From: Candidatus Omnitrophota bacterium
GTDB taxonomy: Bacteria > Omnitrophota > Omnitrophia > Omnitrophales > Aquincolibacteriaceae
NCBI GenBank assembly: GCA_023247035.1
Contig: JAHFHG010000006.1
Span: 298-64,297, forward strand
Reading direction: 5' to 3'
DNA length: 64,000 nucleotides
The notes beneath the pieces were generated by a model. The model did not search any database and was not told the origin of the DNA. It worked only from the letters and a program-made list of their open reading frames with translations. Made by a program: the position numbers and the translations under genes. This document shows, piece by piece, positions 1 to 8,276 of this stretch; positions within the stretch are counted from its first letter, which is position 1, and each line of letters starts with the position of its first letter.

Positions 1-3000
1 ACGCTTCAACTGGCGCTGCAATTTTTGTTGAAGTTAGAATTGGAAGAACCCGTCCCGCCGCGGCCGGTCAAAGGGCTTAAGGCCCTTAAACGAGCCAACC
101 GGATTTTGGAAAAAAGAAAGGCCGTCGGCATTGTCATTGGCAGCGTAGCGGGTTCTTTGTGGAACCGGCAGACGACCCAAGAACGTCTTGCGGGACACCG
201 GGATTTGGACGTGGCCGTACTCAACCAGGACTTCAAGCTCGCGGAAAAGTTTGAAGGAGGAATTGATTGGTGGCTGCCTCAGAAACAGACATTGAAGGTA
301 TTTTTCCCGGGTACCGCCGTAGCGTCCGAAATTCCTACGGAATTTTGGGTCAACGGCAGCGGCGTATTTATGAGAGCGGGCATTGACTACGACGTTAAAA
401 ATCTTGAACCCGGCCTTTACCTGCCTTCAAGAGAGTTCCTGAAGGAACTTTCAAAAGCTTCCGTTCTGAATCATTTTGATCCGGAAATCGTCAAAATCGG
501 TGAAGAAGTATTGGACCGGTTGGAGAAAAGGCTTGATCGGGACTTACCGAAAGGATTATCGCCTCTCTGGAAGAAGCATTTTGACGGTACGGCGAGGATT
601 TTGAACGAAGAAATCGCTGTTTCCCGGGGATTCGATTTTTACATTGCCGTGGGTGTGGGGCGGTATTTTTTAAACCTGCCAGGAAGACAGTACGAATCTT
701 TTTTGGCAGATTTGGCAACATCCTCTTGGCTGAAGAAGAGATTCGATACGGAAAAGGACCCTCAAGAGCTAAGGTCTTTAGTGGGGGCAGTCAGTAAGAA
801 TGGAAATCTCCAGGGGCTGAAGCGTTTGATCGAGATTGTAAAGGGTGCGCCTTGGACTGAGATTGAGAGAAAAATGGAGTGGTCTATCTTTCATTACGCT
901 CACCAGGTTCTCTCGGGAGTCAAACAGTTAGGCGGGGGAGCCATAGAAAAAGGATTCCAAGCCTTGGGCGCGGAGTCTTCTCTTGATTTCTTCCGCTATC
1001 TTCTTCCTCACATCAATCAGGAGGTTGTGGCGTCGGGCCAACAGCCGTATTTTGAAGCGATTGAAGCTCTCGCGAAGGCCGGATTCATTAATGCCGAACA
1101 GAAATCAGCAGCCGAGAAAAAATTTGATTGGGCCGACGTGCTCGCCTCGCTTGAACAGCTTAAAAACAGAGCCCGCGAACTCCCCGAAAGCGAATCCTGG
1201 GCCAGCCAAGCCGGGGATTTGATCCGCCGGATTTCTTCAGATCCCGGTCCGGATTTGTATGATCACGCTCGTGCTTTGATGAGCGATTTCGTCGGCAGTT
1301 TAAAATTCCGCTCGGAAGTCCGTTCGACACAAGAAGCTCAGCGCTTCGACTCCGCTCGTTCCGAAGTACGAAACGAGGAACAGGCGGAGAATGTCGTGAA
1401 ATTTTCCGCTCTTGTGACGTTGCCTTCGCCCTCCAAAGGCGGGCCGGCCCTGCTGCAATACCTCGAAGAAATTTTAGTCCCCGTGGATCCTTTAGCACCC
1501 TTTGATCCTGCCGCATTTAAGCCGGAATCAACGATTTCGGTCCACAGCCCGATGCGGCTGCTGCAAGATGATCTTAAGAGGCAAGTTTATGCCGGGACAT
1601 ACACCTTAAAATATGATCAGGCCGTCCTGGGACCCGAGACAGACCGCCAGACTTACTATCATCTCAGGATTGCGGAAAGAATGCTCACGAAGGAAAATAA
1701 AACGGGCTATGAAAACGTTCTTGGATTGATCCAAAAAGCGCTTGCAGAAGTTTCGCGGGAAGAATTTGACGCGGCCGTAACGACGATCGGCGGCGCGGTC
1801 AAGCTGCTCAATCCGGAACAGGATGCCGGGCTTCTTGAGGAACTGATCCGGGCCGCTTATCCCGCAATCCAAAAATTGGATGAATTTTTAAGAAAAAATT
1901 TCACTCCCCTAGAATTGGGACGGCACGCTCCCGATCTGCTTTCTTTAATCCGGCAAGACCGGCTTCTTGTGAGGATTTATATTCAGAAGACTGCTGAGGG
2001 GAAAGACGCTTACCAAATAGGATTTGTCCCTTTTAATTCATCGGCGGCCAATGAAAAACTCACGGAAGTTTTTACGGATGAAAGTAATCCGCCGTTTTTT
2101 CGGTTGATCCTCCCCATTTTAAGAGCCGCTAAAGACAGACTTCGAGGCAGCGGCGGCGGAATTTCTCCGGAAAAATTGAAGGAGGTCAACGCCGATTCCG
2201 GATTTGGATATGCGCTTCGAAAAGTGACGGGCGCCGGCCGGTCGGAATTGAGAAGGGGATTGATCGGGGAGGATCGTGATCAAAGAGCTCAAGAAGCGGG
2301 CCGCAGTTACGGCAATAGGAGAGGAACCGTTCCTTCGGAAGTTTTGCTGCGCCGCTCCTACGGCGCGCTTGCGGGATTTTTAGGCCCGGGCCGGCCGTAT
2401 CTTTATGCGCGCTGGGTGGCCATACAAGCGGCGGAGGGCTTTTTCGTCCCGATTCCCGCGGAACTTTTGCCTTTAGCGCTTCCCTTTCTGAATGCAGATT
2501 TGCCGTATCTGTTGGGACGTTTTACTCGCGCTTCGAGTGTCATCCCCGCTCGCTTTAAGCGGGAATCCGGAGTTTTGGATAAAACCGCCGCACTCGATAT
2601 TACGGTTTCTGAAAAACTTCACGGTGAAGACGATCTCATTTATCCCGGGATTGCGAATGTTCTGCGCGATGAACCGAGCCGGTTCATCCGTCTTGCCGCG
2701 TTGGCGGCGGCGAGGGAAGAGGCGGATCAAATGAATCAGGCGTTTGCCAGGCAGTATCCCGGCTTTGGCGGACGTTTCAGAATTTATGGCTTGAAAGGCC
2801 GCCGCGATTTTCAAAATGTGCTTCAACGGATCATCGGCGAGGCTCATAGAGCCGCCCAGATCGAGTTGGGCAGCGCCGTTGTCGGATCTCTTAGAGAATT
2901 CTACAATTCCACAAGTCTTTCCAGCCCAAACCTCAAACTCCTCACCGGAGTTCTTCCGCTCATTCGCCGGCTGATTTTGAATGATGTGCCAAATTCTCCG

Positions 3001-3207
3001 GGGATCCAGAGCCGCAGGATCGAAACGGCCTTGAAGCTCAACCAGGGACTTCTCCCGGGCGCAAGGATTCGTGAACTTGAGCGCATTCTCCAGATCCAGC
3101 GAATCGTTCAAGCCAAAGCCCTTCTTGCCGGTGAGGATCTTGCCTTGATTGAAAAGGCCTTCCAGGAGACGATTGCCGCGGTGCGCGCCTTTTACCGTTC
3201 GGCATAA
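1..3207 (+). CDS. C-terminal part of a very large multi-domain protein (5'-truncated by the window), with a Pol-beta-type nucleotidyltransferase-like module and RSE(V/L)R spacers
   Basis: Frame 1 is open from base 1 (TLQLALQFLLKLEL...) to TAA 3205-3207. IVIGSVAGSLW...HRDLDVAV fits the hG[GS]...DhD NTase motif. RSEVR occurs twice and RSELR once. Confidence 0.75.
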   Translation, partial: TLQLALQFLLKLELEEPVPPRPVKGLKALKRANRILEKRKAVGIVIGSVAGSLWNRQTTQERLAGHRDLDVAVLNQDFKLAEKFEGGIDWWLPQKQTLKVFFPGTAVASEIPTEFWVNGSGVFMRAGIDYDVKNLEPGLYLPSREFLKELSKASVLNHFDPEIVKIGEEVLDRLEKRLDRDLPKGLSPLWKKHFDGTARILNEEIAVSRGFDFYIAVGVGRYFLNLPGRQYESFLADLATSSWLKKRFDTEKDPQELRSLVGAVSKNGNLQGLKRLIEIVKGAPWTEIERKMEWSIFHYAHQVLSGVKQLGGGAIEKGFQALGAESSLDFFRYLLPHINQEVVASGQQPYFEAIEALAKAGFINAEQKSAAEKKFDWADVLASLEQLKNRARELPESESWASQAGDLIRRISSDPGPDLYDHARALMSDFVGSLKFRSEVRSTQEAQRFDSARSEVRNEEQAENVVKFSALVTLPSPSKGGPALLQYLEEILVPVDPLAPFDPAAFKPESTISVHSPMRLLQDDLKRQVYAGTYTLKYDQAVLGPETDRQTYYHLRIAERMLTKENKTGYENVLGLIQKALAEVSREEFDAAVTTIGGAVKLLNPEQDAGLLEELIRAAYPAIQKLDEFLRKNFTPLELGRHAPDLLSLIRQDRLLVRIYIQKTAEGKDAYQIGFVPFNSSAANEKLTEVFTDESNPPFFRLILPILRAAKDRLRGSGGGISPEKLKEVNADSGFGYALRKVTGAGRSELRRGLIGEDRDQRAQEAGRSYGNRRGTVPSEVLLRRSYGALAGFLGPGRPYLYARWVAIQAAEGFFVPIPAELLPLALPFLNADLPYLLGRFTRASSVIPARFKRESGVLDKTAALDITVSEKLHGEDDLIYPGIANVLRDEPSRFIRLAALAAAREEADQMNQAFARQYPGFGGRFRIYGLKGRRDFQNVLQRIIGEAHRAAQIELGSAVVGSLREFYNSTSLSSPNLKLLTGVLPLIRRLILNDVPNSPGIQSRRIETALKLNQGLLPGARIRELERILQIQRIVQAKALLAGEDLALIEKAFQETIAAVRAFYRSA

Positions 3208-3210
3208 GTT

Positions 3211-3308
3211 AAAGTCGAAACGAAAAAGTCAAAATAGAACCAAAATCAAAAGGGGCATTAAACTTTTGAATTTTGACTTGTGGTTTTTCCTTTTTCGTTT
3301 TGGCTTTT
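3211..3308 (+). repeat. AT-rich long imperfect palindrome (copy 1 of a dispersed family)
   Basis: aaagtcgaaacgaaaaag pairs with ctttttcgttttggcttt. Right arm ttttgacttgtggtttttcctttttcgtttt resembles 19318-19349. Confidence 0.65.
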
Positions 3309-3327
3309 TATGCTAAGGTGAAGCGCC

Positions 3328-4059
3328 GTGAACAAAAAAATATTAGTTCTCGACAAAGAAGACAGCCCGTGGATTCCTTTGTTCGAGGAATTTTTTGCGG
3401 ACACCTCTTCAACGCTCCATTTTTTTCACGATTCCCGCCCGGCCGGCGCCTTCCTCCAAAAAGAAACTCCGAACGTTGTCTTTGCGCGGCCTGAACGGCT
3501 TTCGCTCGCGCTATCTCAAAAACTTAAGGTCCTGCGCCAGAACATGCCGGAACTCCGTTTTTTTCAATTGGGAAACGCCGGGGGAAATTCACCGCTTCCG
3601 TTCGACGCTTTCTTTAGTGAACCGTCCATGTTAAACCCATTTCAACGCCGGCTCGTGCAGCACCTCGTTTATCCGGAGGTGATCCATGTCCTTGTCGTGG
3701 ACGATGAAGCGGAAATCGGGGTGATGATCCGCGATTTTTTGGAGAATCGCGTTTTTCCGGCCTTTGAAGTCGAGTGGACCGAAGACGGAAAAAAAGGGCT
3801 CGAGTTGATCGAAAAAGGGAAACACGATATCGTCGTTTTAGACGTCAAAATGCCCATCCTGGACGGCCGCGACGTTTACCGCGAGATCGTCAATCGAAAA
3901 TATAAAATCCCCGTGATTATTTTCTTTGACGCGATTTCAGGCGATGAGGTTATCCAGATCCATCAGATCGGAAGGCCCGTGATTGTCGAAAAGGGTTTCC
4001 TGCACAGTTCGATGCCCGACATGATGGCGCTGATCAAAAAGAAGGTTTTTTTCGGGTAG
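3328..4059 (+). CDS. Response regulator: degenerate N-terminal receiver plus a second receiver, no output domain
   Basis: KKILVLDKE lacks a clear phospho-Asp. The second domain reads VLVVDDEAEI...DIVVLDVKMP.LDG. Confidence 0.8.
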   Translation: MNKKILVLDKEDSPWIPLFEEFFADTSSTLHFFHDSRPAGAFLQKETPNVVFARPERLSLALSQKLKVLRQNMPELRFFQLGNAGGNSPLPFDAFFSEPSMLNPFQRRLVQHLVYPEVIHVLVVDDEAEIGVMIRDFLENRVFPAFEVEWTEDGKKGLELIEKGKHDIVVLDVKMPILDGRDVYREIVNRKYKIPVIIFFDAISGDEVIQIHQIGRPVIVEKGFLHSSMPDMMALIKKKVFFG

Positions 4060-4184
4060 TTGGGTTAAGCCGTAACCGTTTCTCGCTCTTCTTGTTTTGC
4101 CTTTGCGCATAATCGAAAAACCGCCCCCGCGATTTTCTCTCCTTTTCGCCGCTTTTTTAGGGTAATCTTTCTTCAAGGGCGCTT

Positions 4185-5264
4185 ATGGGGAAAAATTCTT
4201 TTCGGATTTTTTTGTTTCCTCTCTTGGCCGGTTTGTTCTGCAGCCCATTTTCCGGCTGCACGATCTGGCGGCCTTTCAGTTCTAAAGAAACCGCGCGCGA
4301 GCTTCCTGAATTCTATAAAAATTATTACGAATACCCGCGGGAAGTGAATCAGGCTGCGCGAATCTTAGGAGAAGAAAAAACAGAAAGCTGCCGGCTTAAA
4401 AAGGTAGAAGTCCCGCTCAACCTGCCTTCGGAGCTGGCGCTTAAAGATCTCGAACAATTTCGAAAAGACGTCGACGAGCTTGCGAAGACCGATCAAAAAA
4501 CGGCGAACGACCGAAGGCTGCAATACACGAACCGGATTGATCTTTACCTTCCCCTTCGCTTAAAGCCCGGAGAAAAACGGCCCGTGATCCTGATCTCTCC
4601 CATTCTCGGCGGCAATATGGTGGTGGATCATTTTGCGCGTTATTACGCCGGGCGGGGATATATTGCGGCGCTCGTCTACAGAAAGCGCACCTTTTGGAAT
4701 GACGAACGGAAAGATATTCAGCAAATTGAAGATTACCTGCGCATTTCCGTGATCCGCCTGAGGCAGGCGCTCGACTGGATCTTGGCGCAGCCCGAAGTCG
4801 ATCCGAATCGGGTCGGAAGCTTTGGCATTAGTTACGGCGCCGTTCTCCATTCCGTGCTTGCGGCTGTGGACGATCGAGTTAAATACCACATTCTTGCAAT
4901 GCCTGCGGCGCCTCTTAGCGATGTGATTATTCATTGTCCGGATAAAGCGATTACAAAATTAGTTCGCAAGGTTCACGAAAATTACGGCTGGCCGCGGGAA
5001 GAAATTTTGAATCAGCTTAAGAAAACAATCCGCACGGACCCGATTTATCTGGCGTCTTGCGTTCCCAAGGATCGCGTTCAGATTTACATTGCGCTTTTTG
5101 ACCGGGTCGTCGGAGCGGGGAGATCGTTCCGTTTGTGGAGGGCGTTAGGGAAGCCGGCATTGAAAGCGCTTCCTTTCGGACATTACGGCGGGATCCTCGT
5201 GTTTCCCTATCTTCAAACTCAGTCCTATCTCGCCTTCAAGCGGCATTTGAGGAATTCAAAATAA
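4185..5264 (+). CDS. Alpha/beta-hydrolase, probable lipoprotein
   Basis: Signal with FSGC lipobox, nucleophile elbow GISYG, LFDRVV and GHYGG as candidate Asp/His. Confidence 0.75.
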   Translation: MGKNSFRIFLFPLLAGLFCSPFSGCTIWRPFSSKETARELPEFYKNYYEYPREVNQAARILGEEKTESCRLKKVEVPLNLPSELALKDLEQFRKDVDELAKTDQKTANDRRLQYTNRIDLYLPLRLKPGEKRPVILISPILGGNMVVDHFARYYAGRGYIAALVYRKRTFWNDERKDIQQIEDYLRISVIRLRQALDWILAQPEVDPNRVGSFGISYGAVLHSVLAAVDDRVKYHILAMPAAPLSDVIIHCPDKAITKLVRKVHENYGWPREEILNQLKKTIRTDPIYLASCVPKDRVQIYIALFDRVVGAGRSFRLWRALGKPALKALPFGHYGGILVFPYLQTQSYLAFKRHLRNSK

Positions 5265-5314
5265 CGGTTCAATCAGCTGGATAGGACAGGTCATTAAATC
5301 ATATCTCTTTTATT

Positions 5315-8092
5315 TCAAGACAGCTCGGCCAGATAGATATCGCCATTATTGGCGTTGACGCCATTCCGGTAATCCAGCCACACCACTCTATTTCCTGAAA
5401 CGTCCGGGCTCACTTGATAACTTTGTTCAGCCGTGATTTGTTGTTCGGTATCGGCGCGCAAATCGTAGCTGAAAATGTTAGGACAAGACACCGGGAGATA
5501 GAGGCAGTTCCGCGCGTCGCTCCATACGACGCGATTTCCGGAAATTCTCACATCCCTTTGCAGGCTCGGAGAGGCGCTGAGGCGCCGGCGGGTCATCGTA
5601 GTTAGATCGTAAAGATAAAGGCTGCTGCGAGGGCCCGCATTGCCTTTCGGCCTGTGAAGGGAATAGACAATTTTATCTTTATCGATATCCAGCCCAAGGA
5701 CCCTATTTGTTCCTGCGTCCATAATTTCCCGCTGCTTTCCGGTAGAAAGATCATAAAGGAAAATCACGTTTTGATTAAAATCAAGCGTCTTAATCCACAC
5801 GATTTTATTTCCAGAAATGCGCGGGAAGCTGTTGTACGACGGAGGAAGATCAACGGCAACGGCGGTTTCAGTATGGGTGGAAATATCGTAGAGCCGTATT
5901 TCGCTGGCGCTGTGATTGTAAACATACGCAATACGCGTTCCGTCAATGTCCGGGGATTCCATAAAAGCGGACGCGCTCACAAGATTTTTTTCTTGATGGG
6001 TTGCAAGATCAAAAAGGACAAGATGATACTGGTCGTCTCTTCTTAGATAAGTTATGCGGCTTCCGGAAATCGAAGGGTTCTGCTCAAAACTACTTGGAGT
6101 ATCGGTGATCCGCCGTTTTTTGCCTGTCGAAATATCGTAGAGATAAATATCCCTGTTGCCGCCGTCTTCCCAAACTATTTTGCCGCCGTCGATGGATGGA
6201 GGACGTTCAATTTGAGGCCCGAGGGATACAGGCAGGATCAAAGGTTCAAACAGGATCCGTGAAATTTTTTCAAACGCCCGGCCGGATCTCGAGGTGACGA
6301 CCAATTTCAGCAAATAAGCGCCGGCCGGCGGGCATTGGACGGCGGTCCCAAGGGTTCCATATTCCACAGGCTGTGACACGGGATCGCTCACCGGTATCCA
6401 GGGAGCGGCGACGCCTTGGGAACGGTAAAAAAGCTGGTAGCGGCTGAAGTCATTTCCTGCCGCAACACCGAGGATAGGGTAGCTGCAGGGGAGAGTCATT
6501 AAAGTATCAGACGGGGGATAATTAATTTCCGCCTGCAGGGAGGGGACAGATTCTATCGTCAATGCTCTCGCGGCGTTGATCCTGCCGGCGCCCATCGAGA
6601 ATTCGAATCCCGGAATGAGATCGGCGGAAAGTCTTAGAACGTGGCGTACCTCATCAGGAGTGAAAGAAGGGCGATGAGCTAGAATCAGCGCCGCAACGCC
6701 GCTCACATAAGCAGCGGACATCGAAGCGCCGGCTTGCCGCAGCAAACCTGGTTCTACCCGGAGCTGCAGGGGCGCAAAATCGGGATGAGCCGTATTGGAT
6801 CTTAAGGAAAGAATATTGTGCCGGCTTTCATAAGACCTTCCAGCTCCGGGAGCCGCGACATCGATGAGCTCACCGAAGTTGCTGAAAAAGGCTGGAGTGT
6901 CAACCTCAGTCGCCGCTGAAACGACAATGGGCTTCGGATAGGGATAACCCATATTTTGAGGGCTGTAAAACTTGACCGGCTCCGCGCTATCGCCTGCGGC
7001 AAAGACAACCACAGCGCCAAGGTATTGGGCGACATATACAGCCTCCTCAGCTATAGGATTGGAAGGGCACCGGCCAGTGCATCCCCAGCTGTTATTAATG
7101 ACACGCGCGCCCATGATTGTGGCGTATAAAATTCCGTTGGCAAGGTCGCGGATGGCTCCTGTCCCTTGATTGTTGAGGCCTTTGACCGGCATAATTTCCG
7201 CCTCGGGAGCTGCTCCAATCATGCCCAGATTATTATTCCCGCGCGCCGCAATGATCCCTGAAACGTGGGTCCCGTGGCCGTGATTGTCCATGGGGTCATT
7301 GTTTTTATCCACAAAACTCCAGCCGCGAACGTCATCAATATAACCATTTTCATCATCGTCAATCCCGTTGTCAGGAATTTCTTCAGGATTGCTCCAGACA
7401 TTGTCACGGATGTCCGGATGATTGTAATCCAGGCCCGTATCCACCACCGCGACAACGATTCCGTCTCCCCGCGTCACATCCCAGGCAGCTTCCATATTGA
7501 GCTTATTTCTTTTTAGAGCCCACAAATCGTCATAATCTTGTCCCCAGGTGCCTTGCGAAGAAAAATAAGGATCGTTGGGAATCCAGTAGCCTTTCACGTT
7601 GTAATTGGGCTGGCAGGCTTCCACTTCAGCAGATTTTTCGCGAAGATTCCCGCAGGCTTCTACAGGATCCGCATCGCCTGTATATTTGATGAGGCGCCAA
7701 TTTTTTAAGCTTTGAATTTTGGCATCTTGAGGAAGGGGCTTGCGCTCCGGAAATTTTTCTTTAAACTTTTTTATGTTTTCTTCGGAGATAAGCCCTTCGT
7801 TAAAGACGGGCTCGATTTGCTCAACTCCGATAGCTTCATTGATCTCGGCGATACCGGGAGAATGAACATCTTCAGAATTTTTGAACTTTACGAGGATTTC
7901 ATTCGGGGGATAGGAAGGCTTATTTTCTTTTCCCTTTTCCTGAACCGGTTGACCAGGTGAAAGCTGCGGATCTTGAGGAATCCGGCCGCTGTTTTCCTCG
8001 GCCGTTCCATTCAGGGGCAGGCTTAACGTCAAAACGAGAACGAGAATCCATTGATTCTTAACAAAGCCGGGGAATGAAAATTCTTCTTTCAT
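5315..8092 (-). CDS. Secreted S8 subtilisin-like protease with propeptide and C-terminal beta-propeller repeats
   Basis: VAVVDTG, HGHGTHVSG, GASMSA and a DDDENGYIDDVRGW insert. Repeats of the type P.IsG.riVW.D....DIYLYD. ATG at 8092 preferred over TTG at 8131. Confidence 0.9.
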   Translation of the reverse strand: MKEEFSFPGFVKNQWILVLVLTLSLPLNGTAEENSGRIPQDPQLSPGQPVQEKGKENKPSYPPNEILVKFKNSEDVHSPGIAEINEAIGVEQIEPVFNEGLISEENIKKFKEKFPERKPLPQDAKIQSLKNWRLIKYTGDADPVEACGNLREKSAEVEACQPNYNVKGYWIPNDPYFSSQGTWGQDYDDLWALKRNKLNMEAAWDVTRGDGIVVAVVDTGLDYNHPDIRDNVWSNPEEIPDNGIDDDENGYIDDVRGWSFVDKNNDPMDNHGHGTHVSGIIAARGNNNLGMIGAAPEAEIMPVKGLNNQGTGAIRDLANGILYATIMGARVINNSWGCTGRCPSNPIAEEAVYVAQYLGAVVVFAAGDSAEPVKFYSPQNMGYPYPKPIVVSAATEVDTPAFFSNFGELIDVAAPGAGRSYESRHNILSLRSNTAHPDFAPLQLRVEPGLLRQAGASMSAAYVSGVAALILAHRPSFTPDEVRHVLRLSADLIPGFEFSMGAGRINAARALTIESVPSLQAEINYPPSDTLMTLPCSYPILGVAAGNDFSRYQLFYRSQGVAAPWIPVSDPVSQPVEYGTLGTAVQCPPAGAYLLKLVVTSRSGRAFEKISRILFEPLILPVSLGPQIERPPSIDGGKIVWEDGGNRDIYLYDISTGKKRRITDTPSSFEQNPSISGSRITYLRRDDQYHLVLFDLATHQEKNLVSASAFMESPDIDGTRIAYVYNHSASEIRLYDISTHTETAVAVDLPPSYNSFPRISGNKIVWIKTLDFNQNVIFLYDLSTGKQREIMDAGTNRVLGLDIDKDKIVYSLHRPKGNAGPRSSLYLYDLTTMTRRRLSASPSLQRDVRISGNRVVWSDARNCLYLPVSCPNIFSYDLRADTEQQITAEQSYQVSPDVSGNRVVWLDYRNGVNANNGDIYLAELS

Positions 8093-8276
8093 ACGGAAAA
8101 GGAAAATCTCCTTTTTACAGAAAGTGTTCAAAATTTACATGGCCCAGCCCCCTTCGTCAAACCGTATGAGTCTTACAATAAGTTTTTGCATAGGGTTGAG
8201 CTATTTTGCTAGTCGGAATGAAGGCCCCGGTTCCCCAGATTCATCCCAGATTCAACAATGAATCGCGCGGCAAATT

